DNA of 57,549 bases, filler included, from Rhizaria sp. SCN 62-66 (Eukaryota), in assembly GCA_001724265.1 (NCBI GenBank). It is 2 parts of 2 records of this genome, joined end to end, with 100 filler letters (N's around TTAATTAATTAA, not from the genome) between each part and the next. Parts side by side here need not be neighbours in the genome. Positions count along the whole stretch, not along the records: positions 1 to 29,364 come from MEDY01000390.1; 1 more part is not named here. The stretch is one strand, 5' to 3'. A program made the position numbers and the translations under genes. This document shows, in pieces, positions 1-13,100 of this stretch (positions are counted from its first letter, which is position 1; the number at the start of each line of letters is the position of its first letter). The notes beneath the pieces are model-generated. The model saw only the letters and a list, made by a program, of their open reading frames with translations. It was not told the origin of the DNA and made no database searches.

Positions 1-1
1 C

Positions 2-97
2 CTCCCTGAGCAGGCCTTCTACATGGTCGGCAACATCAAGGAGGTCGAGGAGAAGGCTGCCAAGCTTGCTGCCGAGATCGCTGCCCGCAAGAACTAA
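2..97 (+). CDS. ATP2: Mitochondrial ATP synthase F1 beta subunit, C-terminal fragment (5' part outside window)
   Basis: Frame 2 reads LPEQAFYMVGNIKEVEEKAAKLAAEIAARKN*. LPEQAFYMVG is the conserved F1-beta C-terminal motif. TAA at 95-97. Confidence 0.93.
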   Translation, partial: LPEQAFYMVGNIKEVEEKAAKLAAEIAARKN

Positions 98-1156
98 GTA
101 AAGTAACTTCCGACCAGGATTCGACTTTGCTTTTCGTTTTGCTTCCTTCCTTTCTCTTCTTTCTCTCTCAAGGTGGTGTCCGCTTGTGTAGAGTGCTAAC
201 AATGTTACAAACGACGACGCTTGTTTTTGTTTGTTGCATATTGCTTTTTACTAACGTTCACCATATTTAAGAAACATTCACATTTCACAGCAAACAGCAG
301 AGAAAGCTCACAACAAGGTGCGCGTTGCGCGTGTTGTCGTGTTTCTTATCTCTGTCTGTTTCTATGTGGTATGCGGGTGTTTTGTGCTTTACCTCTACCC
401 CCACACTCATGCCTCCGGCACACGGCGTATCGGTGGACGTTTTCCGCCCTACGCTGCTGCTTCTCCTTTTGCCGCGATGATGCATTCACAGTTTCAATTT
501 TATTTTGCGCGTCCTAAAAATAGGAATTACATGTATTATACAAAACATTTAAAATATTTTCATCGTTTCATTCCCATATCACCTCGTTTCATGCTCGACT
601 AACACTAAAAAAATGATATCGATCGATCGCTGCGGTTGAGTTCAAAGGCTGGCTGCTCACGGTCACTTGCTCGGTGACAGAGAGAGAGCTTCGGCAGTTA
701 CCGTGATCAAAATTGAACTGAGATCGGCGACCACAAAATGTTTAAGGTTGATATGCTTGATAGTAATCACGGGTTAGTTTTTCGGATGAGAATATGATTA
801 CCCACATGCATGACTATTATTTCATTAGCTCTATTTGTGCTCCAGTCGATCTGGCCGCGTCGATATCGCTCGTTTTTGTCATCGCTCTAAAGCACTCTAA
901 ATTTAACCTGTCTCTGTGCAGTCTGCCTCATTTTCGACCCTTTATTCTTCTTCGTTCCACCCACGATTCAATTATCACGCGACTCACACTTTATTCCACC
1001 TCTTTCTTTCTTTTCCTCTTCTTAGCTAGCTTTCTTTGACTCTTACTCGGCGTTTCTAGCCCCGCCCCCCTTTTCCCGACCTCTTTCCCCCCCCCCCCCC
1101 TTCCCCGGTTCCCGCGCTCGCGCCCGCGTCCGCGCCCGCGCCCCCGTCGCCCCGTC

Positions 1157-4100
1157 ATGGACCCCCCGGGCTTCCGTGCCGGCGCCTCCGCGCCCCAGTC
1201 CGAGGACCTGGCCCACTCCAAGGCAGCCCTGGCGCAGCAGCTGCTCACCAACAGGCTCGTTCGCAGCCGCGGCCAGGCGTTCCACCCCGCCGTTGCCGCC
1301 CCGGCCCCGGCGGCGGCGTCCGGCGCGCAGCTCGGCGCCACGCAGCAGCAGCACAAGGTGCCGCACCCGCCGGCCGCGGGCAGGCCCGACGACGTCACCG
1401 TGGTCCCCTCTCAGTCCTCGCAGTTTAGCAACAGCGTTGCGGGTAGTGGTAGTCTGGCGACGACGAACGCTGGCCCCGCCGCTGTGGTCCGCGTCCCGCG
1501 GCCGCTGCAGGTGCTGCTGGGCAACAAACTCAGCATCCGCAACAACAACAACAGCAGCAGCAGCAACGCCAGCACAAACGCTGCCTCTGCTGCCGCGGCT
1601 GAGTCTGCGGCCGCCGACAGCCAGAGCCAGCTGCTGGCCTCTCTGTCCCGCACCGGCCGTCTCCCGACCTCCAAGGCCGCGCTCGACGCGCTGCACTCTT
1701 CCGCCAGCGGCTACAGCGAGCCCTCGAACGCGTTCGCTACCAGCAGTAGAAATGAGACCGAGTCCGTTTCTGCTGCTGCACGGACCGACCTCATCACACC
1801 CGCCGCCGCTGCTGCTGCTGGGAACAAATCAGCCGGTTCTGCTGCTGCTGCTGCTGCTGTTGTCGGCAGCACCGCCGCATTTGGCGCTGCGGCCACTGCG
1901 GCCCAGCGGGGCTCTCGCGAACGCGGCAACCGCGACGTGGCGCGGCCAGCGCCGCCGTCGTCCGTGGCCGAGGGCGCCAGCACTTCCGCCAGCGAGCGCG
2001 CGCGCCGCCAGGTACGGGAATTGGGCAATATATATGCAGCACTATTCACACTAGACTGAAACAATTACATATCAAATTAAACAAATTTTATTATACTGTG
2101 ATCTTATACGATGCGATACTCATCTTGTGCTCGATATATGGGCCACTTTCTGCTTTCGTTCGCGACTGCTATAGGAGGAGTACATGAAGTACCTGCAGTC
2201 TCCATTCTCCTTCATCGACAAGGTGATCGAGTCTCCCTTTACACAGGAGTTCGTGTACCTGAACCCTCGCGGGCCTTTCGACCTGCAGATCGTGCGCCAC
2301 AGCGAGATCAATCCGCGCAATTACTGCACCATGTCGCGCGGCGGCCTGACCCACTTCTTCAACAACGAGACCGAGTTCACGTCGCTGGACCAGTGGGAGC
2401 GCGAGTATTTCCTCTACGTTAAGGTCACTGACATCCACTTCTTCAAGAAGTACCGCGCGTGGAAAGCCTACTACTACTGGAAGAAGCTCATCAACAAGAT
2501 GAAGTCGACCAAGTACTCCAAGTACCTCCACGACAACCTCTACATCCTCAATCGCCACCTCCGCGACGCCCTCATCCACCTGCGCCGCCTCTGCGTCGAC
2601 GCCGCGCGTTGGAACGTGCTGCGTATCGACGCCAAGTCGGTCCTCACGGTCACCCAGTTCCGCCAGGTCCAGGACGCGCAGCGCGAGTCGGTCGCCGCCG
2701 CGCTCGCCAAGCTGCTGGCCGAGGCCGCGCGCGTTGTGCTGGCCGCGTGCGACAGCGACCTGAAGCAGTTCCTCATCGAGTGCGGCTTCCGCAAGGGCAA
2801 CGATAACGCTGACGGCGGCAACGGCAACAACAGCAACGGTGGCAACAGCGCAGCCGCTGGCGTCAACGGCTCGATGTCTCTCACAAGCAACGGCCGTGGC
2901 GCCACCGCCCTGCTTGCTGCCGTCGGCGGCGCCGGCATCAACTCCGGCGGCGCCTTGGCCAACCCTGGCCTCGCCCACGACACTTACTCGCACGCCCTCA
3001 CCGCGACCAATAGCAACAGTAGCTCCGGACTCGGCGCGCTGGCCGGCTTCACCGGCGGCGCCGCGGGGGCCGGGGCGCGCGGCGGTAACGGCGGCGGCGA
3101 CGAAGGGCAGAAAATTTCCCGCGCGGAAAAGGCAGCGCAGCGCACCAAGTGCCGCAAGCTCGCGCGCTTCATCCGGCTCGCCGACTTCCGCGTGACGTAC
3201 ACGCTCGTCACGCTGTGCCACGACCGCGTCGCCGAGATGCTCACCACGCTCGCCCACAAGCACGCGGGGCCCGTCCCGGCGGTCGAGCTCGCCGCGGAGG
3301 TCGTCGGCACAATCCAGACCCTCGGCGCGGCCGGCAGCGCGCCGACGGGGCCGGCGGGTAGCCGCTACGCCGCCGCGGCGGCCGCCGCCGCCGCTGCCTC
3401 GGCCGCCTCGGCCGCGGGCGGCGCGGGCGCGGGCGCGGGCGCGGTCGCAGGCGGCCACGCAGTCGCGGCGGTCAAGCGGCGGCGCGCGTTCGGCGGCGGC
3501 GGCGGCGCGGGCGGGGACAAGCCCGCCGGCGAGGCTCCCCTGTTCTTGGTCGAGATCGAGATGGACGAGCAGACGGGCGACCTGAGCTTTTCGCCGACGC
3601 TCGAGGAGCTGCAGCACGCGCTCGAGCAGGTGATCGACTCGGCGGCCACGCAGCTGCTGTCGCACCAGTCGTTTGTGCGCGACGAGCAGTTCGCCGAGTA
3701 CGTCGTTGATATGGTGCAGGAGCTCACGGAGGTTGAGTCCCAGGAGATCCACCCCGTGGAGCTCGTGCTCGACGACGCGCGAATGATCCGCGCCAAGGAC
3801 GCCATCAGGGCCTCACTGGCTTCGGCCTATGCTGTCATCACCGACTATGCTGCGGGGTTCCAGCGCTATGTCGCACAGTTCCTCGACAACCAGGTACGAT
3901 TAGTTTCGCTTTTTAACCTTAAAAGCAGGATATCCATGTGATGTACTCACTTTATGACACGAACATACGTCATACTTATCTATCTTGATGTCACATTTTA
4001 CTCGAATCTATTCACGTCTACATCTCGCTTTATATCTTTTTTTTTTTCTTTCTCACATTCTCAGGCGATGAACGTCGAGACGTACCGCAATTCCCCCATC

Positions 4101-7100
4101 CACGTCTTCTCGGAGCTCCTCACCCGGTACGAGACTCAGAACGCCCAGTTCCAGGCCCTGCGCAGCAGCGTCGACCTGGGCGTGTTGTGCGTCGACTCGA
4201 GCCGTCTGCGCGACGTGCTCATCCCGTCGCCGCGCCACTGCCGCGGGGAGTTGGCCAAGCTGCTGCCGGCCATCGCCAAGCAGAAGTGCCAGGTACGCAG
4301 CGAAACACGCAAAACACTAAGCTTTGAATAACTATTTTTTTTGTATCAAACTTAACTACAGTTTCGTGATTAGCTGGATACCCGTGTTGTATTTTGATAT
4401 CCACAACTTTTATTTCAAACTATTTCAAACTAAACTCAATATATCTCGCAATTCTCTTTGTTTTCATATAATCCTCCGCAGGACCTCGTGGAGGAGCTCG
4501 GCGCCGCCAACACGCATTTCTCCCGCGTCCCGACGGACGTGGGCGAGTTTGTCGACATCCTCAACCTGATGAAGACGGTCACGGACTCGCAGGAAGCCAC
4601 CAACTTGCGCTTCGTGTTCATCCAGGAAATCTACGGGCTTATGCAGGACGCGCAGATCAAGGTCCCCGAGGGCGACAAGATCACCGTCGAGCGCCTGTCG
4701 CAGATCCGGCAGCAGCTCAAGACGACGCTGATGCTCACTGAGGCGTCTCTGCAGAGCAACATCGACCGCTTCGGCAAGGAGCTCGAGCTGCAGATCCCGG
4801 CCCTCATCGAGCAGGTCGAGACTGTGGCCACGGCGTTGAAGCACGAGATGATCACCAACGCCGCCGTGGACAAGGAGGTCGTGCTCGATTACCTGCTGGA
4901 TCAGAACAGCGCGCTCAACAAGCTTGAGGCCACCGCTCGCCTGTACCAGCATTACCAGGAGACGCTGGGCGTCGAGGTCAGCCATTACGATCGCCTCCGC
5001 GAGACGCGGCTTGACTTCAACGTCAAGATTGACCTCTGGCGCGCGCTTAAGGCGTGGGACGAGTTCACCGACCTCTGGACCAAGACGCCCTTTGTCTCGA
5101 TCGACGTCGACCAGGTGTCGCAAGAGCTTGCGGCGTACAGCAAGACGTACGGTCGTGCGAAGCGTCAGTTGGACAACGCGCCCGCGGTGGAACTGCTGCG
5201 CGGGCTCATTGCCGAGTTCGCCAACACGCTGCCGATGGTGTCCGACCTCCGCAACCCGCACCTGCTGGACCGGCACTGGGCCGAGATCAACAAGCTGCTG
5301 GGCATGCAGATCCAGTCGGACCCGGAGTTCTGCCTGGGGACGCTCATCGCGGCCAACTCAATGCAGCACTCGCACGCCGTGTCGGTGATCTCGATCAAGG
5401 CGCGTCAGGAGGCCGTGCTGCAGGAACAGCTCAGCAAGGTGGTGAGAAAGTGGGACGCTCTGGTGTTCCCTCTGCTGCCGTACAAAAACCAGAAGGATAT
5501 GTTCATCCTGGGCAACTTGGACGACATCCTCATCACGCTCGACGAGTCGTTGGTGACGCTCAGCTCGGTGCTGGGCTCGCATTACGTCGAGCCGCTTCGC
5601 AAGGAGGCTACCGAGATGAACCACCAGCTACTCCAGTTTCAGGTACGATGAGCTCATATCTTTTACAATATCATTGATATGCACACTTTTACAGTGTTGC
5701 ATCACATTAAAACTTAAATTATGATTTAATGGAATAACTATTCAACTAATTGTCGAATTAAATTTTGTACTATCTAACAATATTCTTGTGCTATATTCGC
5801 TTTTGTTACTCCACACCAGGGCGTGCTGGATGAGTGGACGCTGTGCCAGCGCCAGTGGATGTACCTCGAGTCGATCTTCACGTGGCAGGACATCATCCGT
5901 CAGCTGCCCGACGAGTCTGCGATGTTCTCCCAGGTCTCCAAGGCCTTCGTCGCGATCATGCGCCGTACCTCGGACAACCCCAACTGCCTGGCCTCGTCGG
6001 CCTATGCGGGGCTCAAAGACACGCTGCAGTCGTGCAATGCCACGCTGGATAAGGTGAACAAGCAGCTCGAGAGCTACCTGGAAACGAAGCGTGTAGCTTT
6101 TCCGCGTTTCTACTTCCTGTCCAACGACGAGCTCATCGCGATCCTGTCGAACCAGAAGAACCACCACTTGGTGCAGCCGCATCTGCGCAAGTGCTTCGAC
6201 AACCTCGTCAAGCTCGAGTTCGCTGACAAGGACATCCGCGCCATGATCTCCGCAGAGGGCGAGAAGGTGCCGCTCGGTACGTTATCAAAAAACAAAACCC
6301 CCTAGATCTCACTCTAATCGTATTCTCAAAACGTGACTTGTTTATGACTTTATTGCTCCGAACGCTTCTTTGTTTCATTTTCACATCCACATGCTGCTCA
6401 CCTATCATTGCATTATTACCACATTTCCTTTGCGAACCCTACTCTAGGTGTGAACCTCAAGGTGCGCAACAACGTCGAGACGTGGCTGGGCGACCTCGAG
6501 AAGGACATGGTCAAGACGCTGCGCCGCCTGATGAAGAAGGGCCTTCTCGAGTACGACCGGTCCCCTCGCCAGGCCTTTATCCTCGACAAATACGCCCAGA
6601 TCGTCATGACGGTGGCGCAGATCACCTGGGCCCGCTCCGTCGAGCTCGCACTCCGCTCCACCTCTACTATCAGTAGCAACAGTAACGCTAGCACCGGCGG
6701 TGGCCACGCCCGCACGGCCTCCACTGGCGGCTCTGCAGTGGCGGCGGACAACGGCAAGGCGCTGGTCAAGTGGCACGCGCAGCAGCTCAAGCAGCTGTCC
6801 GAGCTCACGGCCATGGTGCGCGGCGACCTGGCAAGCATCGACCGCAAGAAGATCGTGACTCTGATCACCACGGACGTACACGCGCGCGACGTCACGCAGA
6901 CGCTGATCGAGCGCAAGGTGCGTGACGTGCACGACTTCAACTGGCAGCAGCAGCTGCGCTTCTACTGGGACCCGGCCGAGGACGACTGTGTGATCCGCCA
7001 GGCCGACGCGCGCTTCCTCTACGGGTACGAGTACATGGGCGTGACGTCGCGCCTCGTCATCACGCCGCTGACGGACCGCTGCTGGATCACGATCACTGGC

Positions 7101-10100
7101 GCGCTACACATCCGCTACGGTGCCTCGCCGGCCGGGCCCGCCGGCACGGGCAAGACTGAGTCCGTCAAGGATCTGGCCAAGGGACTGGGGCTCTTCTGCG
7201 TCGTGTACAACTGCTCCGAGCAGATCGACTACCGCATGACGCAGAAGTTCTTCTCCGGACTGGCGCAGACCGGCGCGTGGTCGTGTCTCGACGAGTTTAA
7301 CCGCATCGACATCGAAGTGCTGTCCGTCATTGCGCAGCAGGTGATGCAGATTCGCCAGGCGCTGCTACAGAACCTCCAGGTCTTCACCTTCCAGGGACAG
7401 GTACGTTTTTCTACCCTAAAACAAAGATATCTCGCTCATGTTACACTGACATAGGACAGTATTACATATTTTGGCGTTATTATCATATAAACACGTTTTG
7501 TCTTGATTTATAGTACTTCACTCACATCTTATATGCGCTATATTGTGTTTATTTACTTCCAACAACCAAAGGCAATTCGCCTGGTGCGCAGCGTCGGTGT
7601 CATGATCACCATGAACCCCGGCTACGCTGGCCGCACTGAGCTGCCCGACAACCTTAAGGTGCTGTTCCGCCCCGTCGCGATGATGGTGCCCGACTACGCC
7701 ATGATTGCCGAGATCATGCTCTTCTCTGAGGGTTTCGAGTCGGCCACCATCCTCTCCAAGAAGATGTACGTTCTTCACTATTCACACTACAGCAAACGCG
7801 TTTGACCGTGTTAATAATCTGAAATCGAACTACAGCTATACTGTAGCTTTAAGAGCATCAATTATCACACCTATATTATCGTTTTATTTCTCATAACTTT
7901 ATCTTTATCTTTTGATTTCCACGTGGTTCATTTTTTAGGGTGCAACTGTACAAGCTGGCCTCGGAGCAGCTCTCACAGCAGGACCACTACGACTTCGGCA
8001 TGCGTGCCGTCAAGTCCGTCCTCGTCATGGCCGGCGCTCTCAAGCGCGCGGAGCCCGATGTCGACGAGTCAACTGTGCTGATCCGTGCTATGCGTGACAG
8101 CAACGTGCCCAAGTTCCTCACTCAGGACCTGCCCCTCTTCCAGGTACGTCGAACATAAGTCACTCGAACGTCGATGTCTCCATATAACGACTATGATTTA
8201 AAGATTCATTAAAAATAGCTATTTCAATTCCTACTTTACATCTGTATTACTCGATCTTTGCTATTTCATTTTTCTTGCCTAGGCGATCGTGCAAGACCTG
8301 TTCCCCGACGTGCGCATCCCCGCGCTCGACTACGGCGCGCTCGACACGGCGATCCGTCGCGTCGTCATCGAAGACGGGCTCCAGCCGGTCCCTAAGTTCG
8401 TCACCAAGGTCGTCCAGTTGTATGACACGTTCAACGTGCGTTTCGGCGTCATGCTGGTCGGTCCCGCTGGTGGCGCCAAGACCACCTGCTGGCGCGCGCT
8501 GGCCCGCGCCATGACCTCTCTGCGCGTGGACGAGGCCTCCCCGGACCAGTCGTTCCAGCGCGTGCACGCCGAGGTGATGAACCCCAAGGCCGTGACGATG
8601 GGCGAGCTGTACGGCGACCTAAACGAGCTCTCGCAAGAATGGCGCGACGGCCTGGCCTCGACCATCTTCCGCGAGGCCATCAAGGACAGCAGCGACGACC
8701 GCCACTGGGTCGTTTTCGACGGGCCGGTCGACGCGCTCTGGGTTGAGAACATGAACACTGTACTCGACGACAACATGATGCTGTGTCTGCCGACCGGTGA
8801 GCGCATCAAGCTCAAGCAGGAGCTGCGTGTGCTGTTCGAAGTGCAAGACCTTTCCCAGGCCTCTCCCGCCACCGTCTCCCGCTGCGGCATGGTGTACCTC
8901 ACCCCCACGGACCTGGGCGTGCTGCCGTATGTCAAGTCGTGGCTCGCCACGCAGACCCACGTGGCGCCGCAGATCCGCGACTACCTACTCAACCTCTTCA
9001 CCGACAAGCTCCCCGCCGGCCTCGCCTTCCTCCAGGTACGTCTTTGCTGCAGTGGTTTAAAGAACAATGACTTACTCACGTTTTGATGTATATTTGCATT
9101 ATTTCAAGGTTTTTAAAGTAAACATACTATATTTCACGTCTATATACGGCACATATTCTCCTTTACGTTTTCTTTTCTGACTCAGGAGCACGGAGCGTCC
9201 GCGCCGATCGAGGCCTCGGAGCTGAGCTCGGTAGTGACCCTGTGCCGCCTGCTGGAGCAGCTGCTGGATCCCCTGTCGCGCGCGCAGCAGTACGTGGACC
9301 ACGCCGAGCACCAACGCGCCGTGCAGGAGGTTGCTCTGCAGACCGCCAAGGACAAGCAGCACACCGTCTACTCGGCCGCCGGCGTCGCGGCGCCGCCCAC
9401 GATCACTTCGGCCGCCGATTCGGCCTCTGACGCCGCCGCCGCCGCTGGTGGTGCCGGTGCCAACGGGCTGCCGGCTGACGAGGGCGGAGACGAGAGCAAG
9501 TCTGACTCTGACGCCCACGCTAACAGCAACGGCCGCCGGTCGCGTCGGATGTCTACCGTGGGCTCTGCCGCCGACCTGCTGCTCGACAACGCCGCCGCTC
9601 TGGGCTCGCCCCTGCCGGGCAGTAACGGCTCCGACCCGATGTCTCTCAACGGCAACGGATCTGCGGAGGACAGCTGGTGCGTCGACCTTGAGTCGATGAA
9701 GGGCACTCTCGACATGTGCTTCGCCTTTTCCTACGCCTGGGGCCTCGGCGGCCACCTGAGCGAGGAGACACAGGCCGCCTTCAGCAAGGTGCTCAACGAG
9801 CTCTTCTTGCACGTCAAGCCCCCCGGCACGTTCTTCGACGTTTATGTCGATCTCGCCGACCGCACGTGGCGTTCCTGGGACGCCCTCGTCACGCCCTTCC
9901 GCTACAACGCCGCGCTGCCTTTCTTTCAGGTCCTCGTCCCCACCCCGGACACGGTTAAGTACCGCTTCCTGGCGCAGAACCTGCTGTCGATCTCGGCCTC
10001 GGTCTTCTTCACCGGCTCCACGGGCGTCGGCAAGACCGTGGTTTTACAGGACATGTTCGACCGCCTCTCGCTGCGCGCGGCCTGCATCACCGAGAAGACG

Positions 10101-13100
10101 CTCGACCCGCCGCCGATGGTCTCGGGCGTCTCCATGTTCGGCTCGGGCCCCTCTGGCCGCCTGACGCAGCGCGAGCGGTCCGTGCTGGCCGCGCGCTTCG
10201 ACATCCTTCCTCTGGCCATCACGTTCAGCGCGCGGTCCAGCTCGGTCAAGACGCAGGAGGTCATTGAGAGCCGGCTCATCAAGGTCAAGGCGACCCAATT
10301 GGGCGCGCCACAAGGGAAGAAGCTCGTGGTGCACGTCGATGACCTCAACATGCCCAGCGTCGAGCGCTACGGCGCTCAGCCGCCTATCGAGCTGCTGCGC
10401 CAGCTCATCGACTACGGTGGCTTCTACGACCGCGCCAGCTTGTATTGGAAGGACGTGCTCAACACGACGCTGCTTTGCTCCGCAGCGCCCCCCGGAGGCG
10501 GCCGCTCCCCGGTCACCGCGCGTTTCACGCGGCACTTTTCGCTGTTCAACATGCCCGCGCCCAGCGAGTCAGTTATGAAGCGCATCTTCGGCGCTATTTA
10601 CAGCGGGTGGTCGGCAGCGCACGGATTCAAGGTAGCGATCCAGAAGCTAGCTGAGCCCATCGTAGCCAGCACCATCGAGCTCTACCAGTCCATCACCAAG
10701 GAGTTGCTGCCGACGCCGGCCAAATCGCACTACACGTTCAACCTGCGCGACATGTCCAAGGTGTTCCAGGGCATCCTAAGTATCAAGCCCGTGTCGTGCG
10801 GCACGACGCAGACGATGACGCGGCTCTGGCTGCATGAAAGCCAGCGCTGCTTCGAGGACCGGCTCGTGTCGAGCGCCGACAAGCTGTGGTGCACGCAGAA
10901 GCTCGCCGCGCTCGTGCAAAAGAACTTCGGCCTCGACTGGCGCCACGATGCGCTGTTCAAGCAGCAGTTTATCACGTTCTCTGACTTCATGACGGAGGGC
11001 GACAAGCTCTACGAGGAGATCAAGGACCAGCACAAGCTCGTGGGCGTGCTCGAGTCCTACCTCGAGCAGTACAACATGGCGCGCTCCAACCAGGCCATGA
11101 ACCTTGTCTTCTTCGAGGACGCGATCAAGCACTTGGCGCGCATCAGCCGCATCATCCGCCAGCCGCGCGGCAACGCCATGCTCGTCGGCGTCGGCGGCTC
11201 CGGCAAGCAGTCGCTGACAAAGCTTGCGGCGTTCATCGCAGAATACAAATGTATGTCGCTCGAGGTCACGCGGTCCTTCAGTTACAGCGATTTCCAGGAG
11301 TTCCTCAAGAAGGTCTTCATCGCCGCGGGCGTGCACGGGCAGAACATCGTCTTCCTGGTCACCGAGAATCAGCTCATCGACGACCGGTTCCTGGAGGATA
11401 TCAATAACATCCTCAACGCCGGCGAGGTCCCCAACCTCTTCCCCAAGGACGAGCTCCAGAAGGTGCTCGAAGACCTCGCGCCGCTGCTCCGCGAGCAGGA
11501 GAATAACAACAACGCCGCGGCCGCCGCGGCCGCCGCGACAGCCGGCGCGGCGGGCGGGGGGCCCGACGTCGTGGTGGATGTGGCCGCGGCCGCCGCCGCC
11601 GCGACGGTGACGAACCCCAACGCACTGTACAACGCCTTCATCCAGCGCGTGCGCGACAACCTCCACATCGTGCTCTGCTTGTCCCCTGTCGGTGACGCAT
11701 TCCGCCAGCGGTGCCGCATGTTCCCCTCGCTGATCAACTGCGCCACTATCGACTGGTTTGAGCCCTGGCCCCGCGCTGCGCTGCTCTCGGTCGCACAGGT
11801 CATCCTCCAGGTACGGAGCTCACAAACAAACAACACATCTCATCGTCGATATACTTGCGTTTCACAATTATTTTATTCTAGTCACACGTTGATTTTCTAT
11901 TCTCACGTATCTTTCCATTTCTATATTTACATGCTCACATATACGTCTCCAATTATCCCCTTTTTGTCCTTTGCTCTTTGCTCTTTGTTCTAGGATGTTG
12001 AGGTGGACAACGACGAGCAGCGCATAGCCCTGGCCAACGAGTCGGTCGACGTGCACCTCTCTGTCGAGGAAGCCTGTGGCCGTTTCCAGCGCCAGTACCG
12101 GCGCAACGTCTACACCACGCCTAAGTCGTACCTCGACATGCTGACACTGTACATCAAGATGCTCTCCGACCTCCGCACCAAGACCAACAACCGCCGTATC
12201 CACCTGCTTAACGGGCTCAAGCGTCTCAAGGACACCAAGGTGATGGTCGGCGAGCTGTCCGAGACGCTGGAGAAACTCAAGCCGACTCTGTTGGAGAAGG
12301 CTAAGGAGACGGAGGCGCTGCTACAGAAGGTGGCCGTCGACTCTGAGCGCGCCGACCGCGTGCGCGCCGTGGTCGAGGTCGAGGAGCGCGAGGTTGCGCT
12401 GCAGACCTCGGAGGTCCGCGAGGAGGAGGCGTCGGCGCGCGCGAACCTCGAGCTGGCGATGCCTGCGCTGCTGGCGGCCGAGAAGGCCGTGAGTCGGCTG
12501 ACGAAGGCGCAGATCAGCGAGATCAAGGTGATGACCTCGCCGCCCGTGCAGGTGACCAAGGTGCTCGAGGCCGTGTGTATCTTGCTGAATGAGAGCCCTG
12601 ACTGGGACGCCGCGAAGCGCGTGCTGACCAACGTCAACTTCGTCAAGATGCTCAAGGAGTACAAGAAGGACCAGATCGACTCCAAGATCATCCGTCGCCT
12701 CAACCGTTACGTGACGGACCCCGAGCTGACACAGGACAAGCTCTTCGGCGTGTCGCAGCCCGCGTGCGCGATGATGATGTGGGTCCAGGCGCTGCACACC
12801 TACTACCACGTCAACCTCGAGGTCGCGCCCAAGATCAAGCGCGTCGAGGAGCTCAAGACCAAGCTTGAGTCCGCCGAGTCGCGTCTCCGCGCTAAGCAGG
12901 ACGAGCTGGCTGACGTTGTGGACAACGTTAAGGCGCTGCAGGACCGGTGCAAGATGACCGAGGCGGAGAAGAAGAGTCTTGACGACAAGTCGCGTCAGAC
13001 TGAGGCTCGGTACGTTCATAAGATGCTATTTAATTTGCACTTCCATTAGTTATGTGTTTTCATAGGTTTTTAATGCGTTCGCTTACTTTTGGTTCAACAA

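Noticed and set aside
655-708. Imperfect hairpin (TCACGGT..ACCGTGA) containing ACAGAGA and GCTTCGGCAG, reminiscent of U6 snRNA
   Set aside because: The two U6-like pieces are in the wrong order and the rest of U6 is absent.
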